Position numbers and translations under genes: made by a program
The notes under the pieces: model-generated
The model's input: only the letters and a program-made list of their open reading frames with translations
Database searches by the model: none
What the model was told of the DNA's origin: nothing
Shown: in pieces, positions 28,603 to 41,413 of the stretch
Numbering within the stretch: position 1 is the first letter of the stretch
Layout of the letters: each line of letters opens with the position of its first letter
Source of the DNA: Girardia tigrina
Lineage: Eukaryota
Direction of reading: 5' to 3'
Length of the DNA stretch: 61,408 nucleotides
Assembly (NCBI GenBank): GCA_001938485.1
Contig: MQRK01180317.1
Coordinates: 89,499-150,906, forward strand

Positions 28603-28769
28603 ACTGCGGATATCCCGAGGGTAAAGACGAAGTTTCGAAACATTTATGGATGCGGGTTATACATGGGTTCGAGTTTTATACTAAACTTTATTTTCAAAAG
28701 GTACTTAATGACATAAAATTGAGATGCGGGTTATACACGGCTGCGGGTTATCCTCATTAAATAAAGGTA
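28603..28769. mobile_element. pogo/Tigger-like MITE, decayed
   Basis: Degenerate TACCG..TA / TAAATAAAGGTA ends with internal GCGGGTTATAC repeats typical of this MITE class. Confidence 0.55.
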
Positions 28770-29284
28770 TAAATATGATTTAAAATTGCAAATTAAATGA
28801 AATCGAATGAATTGAATATCAATTCAGAAATAAATAAAATTTCAAATTAGAAATAAATAATTTAATTACCGAACATTAACTCAGTCCATTTACTGAGGAA
28901 TAATTCATTTCACTTGGGAAAAGAATTACAATTAACAATTTAACCCCCTACTGAAAAGAATTTGAAAAAGTTTTTTTAAAGAATAAAAGAAAACAAAATT
29001 TATCTTTCGATCAACCAAATACAACGCCAACGAACGATCATTCAATCACATACTACAGTCGTCAGATGAAGTCACATTTGGTCAAGTTACTTTAACTATT
29101 TGACTCGATCTCTTTGGTAATAAACTTAATCTTATCTTTCATACTTTCCGTTTTAGAGTTATTTATTGAGATAATTAATAACAAACTGAATCATAATTTG
29201 GTGATTGCTGTTTTAATTTAAGTTATCTCAGTAATTTAATCATATTACTGATACAAAATCATTTAGCCAATTTCTTATATGACT

Positions 29285-29642
29285 TACAGAACTACTGACA
29301 CCTTTGGGCCGTGGGTGCACTCAATTATGCACAAGCATATGGCTTGGGTTTTGAGTGTCTCAGTAGACAAGGAACCTGGAGGCGCCTATCTCCTCTCCAG
29401 GTATGGATGGCCGTTGGCTCCAAGGAGTTCATCCGCCCTTTGCTAGGTTTTGTTTTTCCCCCTGCTAGGTTTCCACACACCTCTTCACCCAGGTTGCTCT
29501 GGGTTAGGCAGCCGGTTTAGTCGCCAACCTGTAGCAGACAGATTGCCTGACCTGACATGTAGTCAATGGCCCCACGATTTCCCTATCGGTTCCCCAAATA
29601 AGTACTAACGCGGCCGTTGGTTGCTTGACATCGGAGATCGGA
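29285..29642 (-). mobile_element. 5S rRNA-derived SINE (SINE3-like), 5'-truncated
   Basis: Minus-strand head TCCGATCTCCGATGTCAAGCAACCAACGGCCGCGTTAGTACTTATTTGGGGAACCGATAGGGAAATCGTGGGGCCATTGACT aligns to the 3' two-thirds of 5S rRNA (boxes A, IE, C). GC-rich ~275-nt body. TSD TTATATGACT / TTATTTGACT. Confidence 0.8.
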
Positions 29643-31231
29643 TTATTTGACTATATAAATTGACTTAATAAATTAATATTATGTAAAAACAAAAAAATTC
29701 ATATAATTTAAAAATCTAAAAAGTAAAAAAAATGATTTTAAGAAAAACTAAAAAACTGTAAAAAAAAGTTAAAAATTAATTGAAACCGATATATTTTTAA
29801 AAGAAAATATTTAGTAAAAAATTTAAAATTAAGAAATAAAGAAGATTTTTACGATAACAAAAAATTGCCGAAAATTTATAATGTAGAACTAAATTATTTT
29901 GAAAGAAATTAAAGTTAGAGTAAATTAAATATTTTTTAACGAAATTATTTTGAATTTAAATAATTATTAAATTAAAAATAAGTTAAATATTTTTTAAAGT
30001 TTAATAAATTAATACAAAAGTAGAAAATTGATTTTAAAGAAAATTTAATAAATCGATTTTTGGGAAGTGAGTAAATTAAAGAGGAAATTGGTTTAAATTT
30101 TTGTGTAATTTTCATAAATACATTTTTATGTTAAATTATGAATTCTAATCTTGAATCAAACATCATTGAAGGTACCTTTAATTCAACTAACAATAACTGT
30201 TATATTTTGAAAGCTAAGTAAAATTTATCTTTCCTATTTTTCATTTGTTTGATTGAATGAAAATGATTTTTTTAATTATTTTATTATTTTAAATTTTCTT
30301 GATTTAATAAAAATCTTCTTCATATTAATAACAAATTTAATAAAATAATAATTAACATTCTATATATTCAAAAAGAACTTCATATTTTAGAAACGTTGTT
30401 GATGATCTTGATATTTAAAAAAAGCAAGGATCAAATGAAACATTAAATAAAAATGAGACAAATTTGATTTTAAAAATTAAATAACACAGGACAAATTTTA
30501 AATCAGATTTTCCACAATGAAGACTTTCTGTAAACTAATTTATGATGAAAGGAAAAACGATTCCCCAGAGAATTTAAAAGGAATAAAATTGTTACGTTTA
30601 ATTTTTTTTTAAAGTATAAATTTTATACGCAATTCGAAGAGTAAATAACATTAAAGATAAAGCAGAAATTTACTATTCTTTTTAATAAGTATACATTAAA
30701 AAACTTTATGTATAATTTATATTTACTCCAAATAATAATTAAATTATTATTAAAATGAATATGTGTTTTGACGTTATATTGCATACAAGATTTACTACAA
30801 AATATAATCTGTGATGAGCAAAGTATAACTTCGTGGATAATATATTAAATCAACCGTAAACAATTCAAAATATAAATATAAAAATGGATCCTCAAGAATT
30901 TACTATGCATGCAATATGGTTTGACTGTAACCAATGTTGTTTTTAGATGTCTTCAACGGGGATTTTTCCCGTATGATAGTACATTCTAGAAAGGTTACAA
31001 TAATTTTAGTTTTGGGGCTTTAAGTAGTCTTTCGGTCTATAAATGTTTCGAGATCAGTTGATTTTTTGTTTGCGAATTGATTATAAAGTTTTGGAAAAAT
31101 TCCGTTTAATTAGTCTGCTTCCAACATCATACTAATATCACAATAATTTAATAATATCAAATACCAAAAGTTTTAGAAGTCATATAACAAATATAAATCC
31201 ATGACGCATCAGTTAAGTCTGAAATTGATAT

Positions 31232-31452
31232 ATGTTTAACAACAGATATTCCTGAACCTTTCCTTGAAACTTCGTCATGGTATTGTATAGTTATTTGAGA
31301 AGTGGAATATTTTTTTAAAATATTTTTATTAAAAGCTGAATGTTTAACAACAGATATTCCTGAACCTTTCCTTGAAACTTCGTCATGGTATTGTATAGTT
31401 ATTTGAGAAGTGGAATATTTTTTTAAAATATTTTTATTAAAAGCTGAATGTT
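31232..31452. repeat. Perfect 108-bp tandem duplication
   Basis: 31232-31339 is identical to 31340-31447; ATGTT microhomology at the junctions. Confidence 0.9.
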
Positions 31453-31639
31453 AGGTTCACGAAGGATTTCCAATTAAAACTCAAATGAAGACATTTTTAT
31501 TATTTTTGTTTAATATGAACAATATAACATAATATTTAAACAATACTTACAGTTTTGTTTAAGGAGCTTCCAGAGGAAAACTTTTTCATTTTTCTTAGAA
31601 AAGTCAAGAATATCAAAATAAATTGTAAGTATAAATATA

Positions 31640-32549
31640 AAGTTTTATTCAATTTAAATTTCATTTTTTTTGAAATATTGCTTGTTCTTCTTTTTCCGTT
31701 TATTCTTTCTTGTGATTTCCACGAATTGGCTGTAATAGGCAGCGTTGATAGTAATGCCTTTATCCGCGAAATCCATGAGAATAACACATTTACGATTCCA
31801 GAAAATGGAAAGCATGATTGTCACTCGTCCATGACTTGTCACCGTTCGCATCTTCAAAGATGGTTTCTCCCCAGGCAGGTTAAACTCTTCTGACGCTCGC
31901 TTTGTTTATATTCTCCATAATTATGTTTGCCAGGAAAGTCTCACCATGCTAGTCCCATTGGTCTAGGTTGTTCGGACTGCACTACATAGAGTTCTGCATC
32001 ATTTCATCAGTCAAGAAGAAGGATACAAATCTAGAGCACTTTTTTCTGATACCCCTGGATTTAAATTTGACACTGAATGTACCAACGCTGATGTTGAGCT
32101 TTACTGACTACATGGTAATGGTAATTCAGCGCTATTCTTGGACCTTCTTCAATTTTTAATCAACTGTGTCAAAAATTTCTGATGACCAACTTGATATGTT
32201 TTTGTTTAAAAACGGAGGCGCGACCACCTTAAAACTCTCTGACCCAATATTTCATAGTTGTCAGAGATGGGGAGTCATGTAGGTAAGTCTACTGTAAAAG
32301 ATCATAGATTTCACTGCACACCTTTTTTCTGCAACACTAAAAACTTGATAAAGCTGCAATATTCGACGTTTGAAGTAATAGTACTAACGAAATTGGAAAA
32401 TGTAGCAATAAAAAATTTGATGCATTTGATAAAATAAAACCAATACTGAAATTAAAACCTAAATTAATTTATTTAATCACACTAAAAAAGTAAAAATTGG
32501 TTTTACATTTCTTTTATCTTTTGTCGACTACTTATTGAACGCACCACAT
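31640..32549 (-). mobile_element. mariner (DD34D) element, 3'-deleted
   Basis: TIR-like GTGGTGCGTTCAATAAGTA; EYCSFIKFL; GRVTIMLSIFWNRKCVILMDF..GITINAAYYS. Confidence 0.85.
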
Positions 32550-32825
32550 CATTAAAAATATTTTCAAATGCTTTTTTTATTAATTATTATAAATATATTT
32601 ATATTTTCATTGTGATAATTATTTATAATTTTATTTTAAAATAAAATTATTAATTTTTATATCTTTTGCGCTAAGTAATTATAATTTGTTTATATTCTTT
32701 AAATAAATAATAGTAAGATTTTCATTTATTTAAATTTTAAGAAATATTATATTTATATTATATTTGTATTACGTAATGCCACTTGCATTACAACGAAGCA
32801 AGTACAAAAGAAGATCGCTCAAGCA

Positions 32826-32865
32826 GAAGACCTGAAGACGCCTGTGAAGGTGAAACATTTTGTCA
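32826..32865 (+). ncRNA. Minimal hammerhead ribozyme (different Penelope family)
   Basis: GAC-CUGAAGA-C-GCCU-GUGA-AGGU-GAAA-CAUUUU-GUC; stem I GAC/GUC. Confidence 0.7.
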
Positions 32866-33879
32866 AAAATAAATCTTAAATCGATAAATGGCGTTTTTGT
32901 TACTTATCTTATATGTTTAGTTTTTTTTCTTTTTTTAGTTGATAAATAATTTTGATAATAATTTTAGTTTGTACATCAATTAATTAATGAAATATCTAAA
33001 ACAATTTTTAACAATAATAAATATGTTATAAAATTACTTAAACAAGGGGGCTCAGTTATATCCGATATAATAATTGACATTTAATCAAGTGTAAAATATA
33101 TTTTTCGTAACAAAGGAAACAAAAGAATGATTTTTTTTTATTATTATTTTGCTAGTTTATCATTTTGTATAAATTAAAATTAAATGATCACTTTCATTTT
33201 CCCTATACATTTAGAATTTCGGTAACGGAAAAAAAGAATTGTTGAAAATTTTAATAAAATTAAATTTATAACATGACTTTTACAACAATATTTTACAACA
33301 ATATTAAACATTTTTAATATACATTAATAATAAATGTATTTTTTCTATTTTTATTATTTATTTATTAAGCATTTTCCATTATTCTATAAACTATAAATTT
33401 CATCAAATTTATTTATACGTACATCAGGATGTTTTGGCGTTACAACATCAAATTAATACATTTTATTTTAATAATAATAAATAATAAATAACTTCATTCA
33501 CAAAAATCTTATGTTTTTAATGCAATAATTTCAAATGTTTACTAAATAAAATCGAATTTCCAAAAACTAAATAAACAATTACATCCGTTTTTAATTTGGA
33601 TACATAAACAGTTTTTTGTATAAATAGAATCAGTTCTTTACTCACGATTGCAAATAAATAAAAATAATGTTTTTTAAATTCAGTTTCATTTTTAAAAAAT
33701 TTAAAAAAAAACATTTCTTCCTCATAAATATTTTAGTATTAAAAATATTTTAGAAAACAACTTTTTCAAAAACTAATTTAGAAAATTGGTTTCAATAGAG
33801 GAAAATTACGACTTGTAGGAGAGTGGTTCAATTAAATTTTGAAACGAGCAACTTGAAACAAGTTGAAAATGCAGAGTGG

Positions 33880-33905
33880 ATAATAATAATAATAATAATA
33901 ATAAC

Positions 33906-33958
<53 letters not shown>
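33880..33958. repeat. (AAT)n microsatellite
   Basis: About 26 units. Confidence 0.95.
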
Positions 33959-33959
<1 letters not shown>

Positions 33960-34383
33960 TCATTTAGGTAAGTACTCGTTTTACACAGTCAACATCTTTT
34001 TAAATTTCTCTAAAATTCATTTATAATAAGAAATAATATTTTTAAATAATACATAAATGTTTTCAAGAGATTTATATTTTTAAGTATTCTTTATTCTCAA
34101 ATTATCTTTCCAATGATGAAAAAATAAGTTATACAATTATGTTTATATATTTATTCTATAATTTAAAAATATTATTTTTTGATTGAAAAAATAGGAGAAA
34201 ATAAATACGTATTTTATATCAATATATAATTATTTTAGCATAAATATAAAACATAATTATTTCATAAAAATGAAGTTAATTATTTAATTATTTTTCCATG
34301 TGTTTTTTACTGATAAAAATACTTAATGATTATAATATTATTTAGTTTTAATTACATACTTTACTTTTATAGAAATAATATGG

Positions 34384-34423
<40 letters not shown>

Positions 34424-34739
34424 CTTTTTTTGTAAAATTTATTGTTATTAATTTCGGTGGATTACCCGTGTTGGGTTCGACATCATTAATTGAATTCATA
34501 ACACGAAAAATATTTATTTTTTTATAACAATAAAGATTTTTAAAACAAATTTCTGAGGAACTATTTTTCTATTTTGTACGAATCAGATATGAATAAGTAT
34601 AAATATAAATATGATTTAATAATCGTCATAAATTTTTTTTATTAAAATTTCATCACAACTTGTTAATTTTAGTATTATTAAATTCTTATTTTTTATTAAA
34701 AACTTATCGTAACTTAATTAATCTTAATATTATTTGTTT

Positions 34740-35720
34740 CTTTTTTTCATTTTTGTGATTTGCAAGCTAATCTGGTATATAAATTTAATTGTCACGGGTG
34801 TCAAAACTCGTACATCGGAGAGCAAACACTAAGACTGTTGCTACCTCGTCTGAAAGAACACAGCTGCCCGATGGATACCTGTTACAAACAATATGCGGAA
34901 GTGAAGGAGTTAAACAGGCATCTCAGAAGAGATCACGAAGGAGCAGAGCTAATCCCGCGGAAGAAGAGAGAGAAGAAAGCCCAGCCACGTCAGAATAAAG
35001 GAAAATATTAATGTCAACAATGTCCGAGGGAATACAAGACCGCTGGTTTCCTAAGGATTCATATTCAGAAGAATCATCAAGAAGCGCCAACATCCAACGC
35101 CCAGAGAGAAGAAAACTTGGAAGAAGAGAACAAGGAAGAGCCGACATCAAACCAATCCAATCCTCAGTTGTCGGACGCAACTGTGAGTATGCCGAGGATA
35201 CAGCCGAACGACGATGCCGAAGAGACGCACCTATAATACCGACTACCAGCCGATTACAAGACTGCAAAAGGACAATTCAAGTGCCCATTTCGCGGTTGTT
35301 ACGCGTCCACCGTAACTGTCAACGGCATGTACGGCCATGGCACCAAGTTCCATGGTTGGTCCTTCGTTACTGGCCAGCCGACTGCTCAGAGGCGGAAGGC
35401 CTCTGACCCCGTAGGAGGCCTATCGGGGGGCCCTTAAGGACTTTAGTTTGGGTGGACCCTCTAAAGAGCCTTAGGCTCAATACCATTACAGAGAAGGGAG
35501 GCCCACATCGGAGAGACAAATCGTCATCTCAAAACCCGGATTAGCGAGTACTCGCAAATGAGTCGATCGAGTAAGGTTCTTGATCATTGGTTATGTTGTA
35601 AGGATAGAACCTCATCCATTTCAAAAGATGAGTTTTCTGTTTTACAAAAGGGTTTTGATTCACATTACGAACGACAGTTTTGTGAATCTATATTATTGAT
35701 CTAAATTTCTATCTATTAAA
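34740..35720 (+). mobile_element. Penelope-like GIY-YIG fragment interrupted at the YIGE codons
   Basis: NLVYKFNCHGCQNSYIGE | TNRHLKTRISEYSQ..DEFSVLQKGFDSHYERQFCES rejoin after removing 34823-35515. Confidence 0.88.
34823..35504 (+). mobile_element. 682-bp retroposed insert encoding three C2H2 zinc fingers (probable 3' end of a non-LTR retrotransposon)
   Basis: 11-bp TSD ACATCGGAGAG (34812-34822, 35505-35515). One frame with two internal TAA stops: CPMDTC..HLRRDH, CQQC..HIQKNH, CPFRGC..HGTKFH. Final stop at 35434-35436. Confidence 0.8.
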
Positions 35721-37429
35721 TTTCAATACTTAAAATTTTTAATTAAAATATATTTGCCATTATTACCCAATAATACTTTAATAAATAATAATAATTATTT
35801 TTTTCGTTACCTTTTAAAGTAAATATATCTGTTAAAATTGTATTATTCAAATAATTCAATATTCATATACTAAACATCCGATAATTTCTGATGATGATGT
35901 ATGTAAACATCGAAATATGTCCAATAATTATATAAAAAAAAGCTTTAATCAAATTATATTTTTGAAATATATATATATATATATATATAATGATAAAAAT
36001 AAAATAAGAAACAGAATGTATAAATACAAAACTTATTCTTTTACAATTTTGAAACAAATAATGTAAAATTTATTTTTTTTGTATTTTTCTTTAACAATAA
36101 ATAAAAAGTAACATTAAAATCTTTCCTAAAGTAAAAAAATTTAACTTGAAAATTGAAAATGCAATTATCCCATCTTAGTAACAAGATGGAAGATTCAATT
36201 TTTTCCAGTTACAATTTAGACAAATTCAGTAAGTGAAATTGTTACTAATTTTTTCTTTTTTCTGGTAAATTTTATATATTACAGTTTTGAATTATAATTT
36301 AATTTATATTTTATAAAGATTTAAATGGTTATAAAATACTCCATATTTCTAAGATATTGGGTTTTTTTATTATTTCGTTTAGAAAAATTAATAAAAAAGA
36401 CAATAAAGAATTTACCCCCTTCAGAAAATCATTTCTCGAATTTATTTTTTTCTATTTTTTAACGTTATTTTTTACAAATTCGCGGCAAACATTCTATTAA
36501 TTTTCCTTTTCAAACAAGAATTTATTATTAAAATAAATAAATTTATTATCGCGATATTTTTAATGAAATTTAAAGTAATTAAATAAATATTAAACATTGA
36601 AAATAAAATAGTTATATTTACAATTTTTAAATTAAATTTTTTTAATTTGTATTATAATTGGCTGATTATTAAAAGGGGCCGATTTACCATACTAAAGAGA
36701 AGTTTGAGCGAAAAGGGTTCAAAGTAATTTTAGTTTATAAAATAAATATGACTTTAAAATATAAAAATAATATTAAATCATTATTATTCAAAATTTATTT
36801 ATGTGAGTTATATTTCATAGATTTCGTGAAAACTTTTATTTATTTGCTAGAAAATGATTGAGTCTATAACGATAAAATATTTCTCCTAATTTTTCAACCC
36901 CGACCGAGAGATTCTCCGCTAACGCCCACCAGCCGCAACTACGCAGCAGGGTTATAAACCCTGTCACTATAATATATTATAGTCAAATAACTTTTTTCAA
37001 CCTTTTTATCAAAGATTTTTTTTAAATATGCATTTGTAATCAAACGAAATTATTGAATAAAACTGAATTTTTCCGATAGTTTAAAATTTTTTAATTACAC
37101 AGCTAGTTGGGGGCCCCTCGTCGAACGTTAAAGAAACGGTAATCTATATTCTGAAATAATAAAATTGCATTGTTTTTTTTATTTTAATCTCTCAGCTTAA
37201 TAATAATTAAGTGAATTATCCCATTAATGATGTTCATCGGCTGCGGGTGATCTTAACTGCCTCCTATTTCACCAGATATTTTAATTGCAGGATTTAAAGA
37301 GATTTAAAATAAATCTGTTGGAAAAAAAATGAATTATTTTTTTAATTCTTCAAGAATTTCAATTGTTTATATTTTTAAAAATCACATTTTCAATGTTACC
37401 TTTTTATCAAACTTTCTCCTTGTTCAAAA

Positions 37430-38460
37430 GCTCAGTAAAGATAGGACTGGGAGCCTTACTTTTGATTGATAAAACATGTCCTTTTATGCTCTCATTCAAG
37501 TAAGTCTTTTTGTAAATGAATAAAATGGACAAAGATCGTAATCAAAATATTACGAAAAAACGTAGGAAGTCTCTACCTTTAATTGTTACTGATACTATTT
37601 TAACATTGTCGATAAAATTGTCTTGAAAATTTAAGTATATATCGTCAACGTACCTTTTATACACAGAAAGATGATTTTCGGTATATTCATCCATGCACTC
37701 TTTGATGAACTGCATTTAAATTAAAATCAGTGTTGAACAGAGTCTAGTATCTTTTAAAAATACTAAATTTATGGTTTTATTTGACGTTGCTAGTCTATTT
37801 ATGAATGTACCCTATTAGCAACATCTCAATTTGCGTGAACACATTTATTTAGAACACAAACAGATTCATTTTCAGCATCACTTTCTGCGGGAAGCATCGT
37901 TTAGGATTGTTATATTTTTGTAACTGTATTCAAATATTTGATTAATGAAGGAGATATTAATAACATTAACTTTTAATTTTCCAAAATTTTATTTAATAAA
38001 AATGCATTAAGTAAATTTTACAATAAACATTATATGAAATTTAATAAGCTAAATTGTTTACTGAAAATATTATTAAAATTTATAACTATAAAACTTTTTT
38101 TAATTAATTAGTATTTAAACATTAATCTCATTAGATTTAAATGATTAATCAAATAACATATCAATCCTATCTGAGTGGGAGAGTCACCAATCTAAACAGC
38201 ATACAAACAACAAACTTACAACACTCAGAACTTTCCCTCACATACCTGTCGATGAAACTATTTTATTGGTTTCGGAATTTTTGGAAAGAAAAGAAGATTC
38301 TCAGAACATGAAACAAATGCATCTAAAGGTTGAGTTTGAACTACTGATGTTTGTTTCAAAAATGTTTCGTATCTCTTCAATGAGAAATGATACTTTCAGA
38401 AGGCAGAATGGCAATGGATTCACCCCAACACTGGCTTTAACCTTCTTGCAGTCATCGAAT
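37430..38460 (+). pseudogene. Decayed Penelope-type reverse transcriptase
   Basis: VLFDVASLFMNVP (~37770-37812) and MAMDSP (~38407-38425; degenerate GxxMGSP). Confidence 0.7.
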
Positions 38461-39104
38461 TTACTTTTAATAGGAAAATTTAAAAAATTTTGAAATATTG
38501 AAAAAAAATATTGAAACCAATGAAATATTGATAATTAAATGTAAAGAAATTTATTTTTCTTATTTTTTTATTGTTTCAGGCAAAGAATCATTAAGAATTA
38601 TAAATCAAGAAAGATCAGTAATCCAGGAAGTGTTTGAGAGAATTATCATATGAACGATTCTAATTGTAATAATAATAAATGTTTCAATAACAATCTTGAT
38701 GTTGGGAATACTTGTTTGAAAAAGCGCATATATTAAAAAATAATAAAGCAAAGAATAAAGAATATGTATATTTTTATACATATTTTTAGAGGATTTCCTT
38801 GTTTTCTGTGTTTTAAGATGTAGCAACATGAAGAAATGAATGTAAAACGTAGATATTTATTTAAATATCATTAAATAAAATAATGCTGTCAAAATAAATA
38901 ATTTTTATACATTCATTTTTTTCATATGACCAACACGTTATTATTAGTGATTATCAAAAAAATATTATATTATTTGTTTTAATTTGCAGAAGTGATTTTA
39001 TAAAAAACTTCAACTTTTATTATATTAAATTTTTAAAAGAAAATTAATAATAATCATTTTTTTTATTAATTTTAGCTTTGATAATAGTGGCAAAATGTTT
39101 TCAA

Positions 39105-39860
39105 ATTTAATTAAAAATTTTACAATTTGAAAGAGGTTTACGTTGTTCATTTTGAATTTTTATTAACGGGTTGTAGTGGCTTATTAATGATAATTTACAG
39201 AACTGTCTCTCAAAATGTGAATCAAAGCCCTTCTGTGAAACAGAAAACTCATCCTTTAAAACCGAAAAGATTATACTTTTACAATGTAAACAATCATCAA
39301 GAATCTTACTTAATAAACTCAACTGTGAATGCTCCATAATCCGGGTTTTGAGATGACGATTTATCTCTTTAATACAGTGGTTTCCAACCTGTGTTTCGCG
39401 AGACTGTTGCAAGGGTGGCATGCAGCTGTTTCCAAAATATAATTTTCGAAAACAAATCAAAAATATCGAATATGTATCACAAAAAATGAATCGTCAATTT
39501 GTTTTTTAAAGGTAGGCGCACAAATTTGTTTAAAAGGGGGGACGCCGGTACAAAAAGGTTGGAAACCCCTGCTTTAATGTATCAGATTTTTTACCCGTAA
39601 CAATCAAATTTATCAACCAGATAAGTTTGCAATCATAAATTGTTTTCGATTTATTTGAGAGGAAGCTTTGAAATTTGGATGTATTGAAACCACTTTGACA
39701 CTTCCTATATTCTTACAGATAATTTTCTTAAATGTTTTAAATCCTTCAAAATATAATATTTTGATGATTTGTGTCTGCTGTTTAATGTTCTCTTCATTTA
39801 ATCATTTCTTAACTCGTGTTTGGGTACATAATTTGTCCAATGTATCCCTAATGTTGTAAT
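39105..39860 (-). mobile_element. Penelope-like GIY-YIG fragment, same family as 34740-35720
   Basis: EINRHLKTRIMEHSQ..DEFSVSQKGFDSHFERQFC..YNPLIKIQ. Confidence 0.85.
39375..39571. mobile_element. hAT (Charlie-type) MITE
   Basis: TIRs CAGTGGTTTCCAACCT / AGGTTGGAAACCCCTG; 8-bp TSD CTTTAATA / CTTTAATG. Confidence 0.9.
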
Positions 39861-41413
39861 CTTAATTTAAACTCCTATTGGCGCTTAGTGTAACGCATGG
39901 TTGCGCCCCATTCATTAGCTGACAATACAAACTGCTAGTCATACTTGAAAAACTAGTCATGGGCCAACGATATCTTGCTAACAAGGTTTATCTTTAATTT
40001 TTTTTAATATAAAATGATCTAAACCGGCTCCTAGATGTTTCAAATTTCTTGGTATGTGTAGTTGCAAAGAAGAAGTTTAATTATAATTTGTACAGAAAAG
40101 CATTGGTTTTATCGATATTTTAAATAGAAATTTTTCAATATTTATTGCATTATCATCAGTACCACTATGCTAATTGTTTAGGTCTACAATTATTTATTCT
40201 CTTCAGTACACTCAATGATAGAATAGAATATTTGTAATTTTTTTCACTCATGTCAGGAAGAAAAAGAAGGTCCCAAAGGAAAAATGAAAGCCGAAATTGT
40301 ATCCAAAAAATCTAGTATATTACTTGCTGATTTTTAAAAAAAAGCCAAAAAAGAAGCTGAACTCTCCAGTTCTTTAGAACCAAAAGACAGTAATTATCAA
40401 CCACCCGTTTTGACGACTCGGAGAAAAACATGATTTAAACAGATATTACTTTATGTGCTGATAAATACTCCGCAAATACTAAAGACCAAGAGGTCTAATA
40501 TAAGGAAGAGCTTGTTGAAAGTAACGGGAAAGATGAGACAGAAAAAAACCTTCTTAAAGTGAATCTGTAAATAAAAAATACTCAATATGATATAGTTTTA
40601 GCTGTACTAAAGTTTAACGATGTTGGTTATTTAGAATTTGAAGAAATGGACCAAACTATCGCGAGTTTCAAAGTCTCTTAGCAATCAAATTATTACTCTC
40701 GGACCCTTAGCTTTTCAACACACAAACAATATAGCATCCTTTTACCACGACGTTCGATTATATCGGCATGGTTTAAACTTCAACTAGTGAATGGAGAGGA
40801 AGTACATCGTTTATGGCTCTTAAATATATCAATCAATAAAGCTGCTTACTGTTTTTGTTGTCTACTATTTACATCATCGACTTCAAACTAAGGAATTTCT
40901 TTAAAACTAAAAAACGGTCCTCAAAAGGGGAGAAAGACTAAAATCTGATAAAAACAATTGTAGCCATCTCATGGTCACCCGACAAAAGCGCCTACCGAAA
41001 AATGCGCTCACCGAAAACTAAGTCTCGGAAATTAAAATTTCAGAAACAATAAAAAATTCAAGTGAATTTCAGAAAAAAATGAAAGGGTCAAGTATGAAAA
41101 GGTCAAAAAATGAAAAAATGAACTAAAATTTAGAAAATATCATTTTATTCTAAACTTCACTGGTGTTTATCAGTTTTTCTAATTTTTATTTGAATTTTTC
41201 AGTTTTCCTAAATTTTACTTGAATTTTTCATCTTTTTCTAATTTTTATTTGAATTTTTCATTTTTTCTAAATTTTATGTTACATGTTAAATTTAAAAATT
41301 AAATGAAATATTTAACATGAAAAAATATGGATAATTATTTGTTTAAATAATATCTATTTAAAAGTATTATTTGTTGAAAAATAAATTTTATAGATTTGTT
41401 ATTAGTTGTTACA

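Noticed and set aside
29561-29642. Functional 5S rRNA gene
   Set aside because: 5'-truncated, diverged, no T-run terminator, and fused to a body inside a TSD.
30900-31340. Ras-like GTPase relic (HGFIFVYD) on the minus strand
   Set aside because: Single short motif, stops present, no P-loop or DTAG.
33823-34026. Poly-Ile ORF
   Set aside because: (AAT)n microsatellite.
34760-35011. Natural GIY-YIG/zinc-finger fusion protein
   Set aside because: The 11-bp TSD shows the finger part is a later insertion, and the frame has stops.
35380-35504. HDV-like ribozyme on the minus strand
   Set aside because: P1 and L3-like pieces exist, but the spacing is off and the P1.1 GG is missing.
41277-41413. 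Tf1-type self-priming for the Gypsy element
   Set aside because: The LTR contains no sequence complementary to AGCTATCCGGGC.
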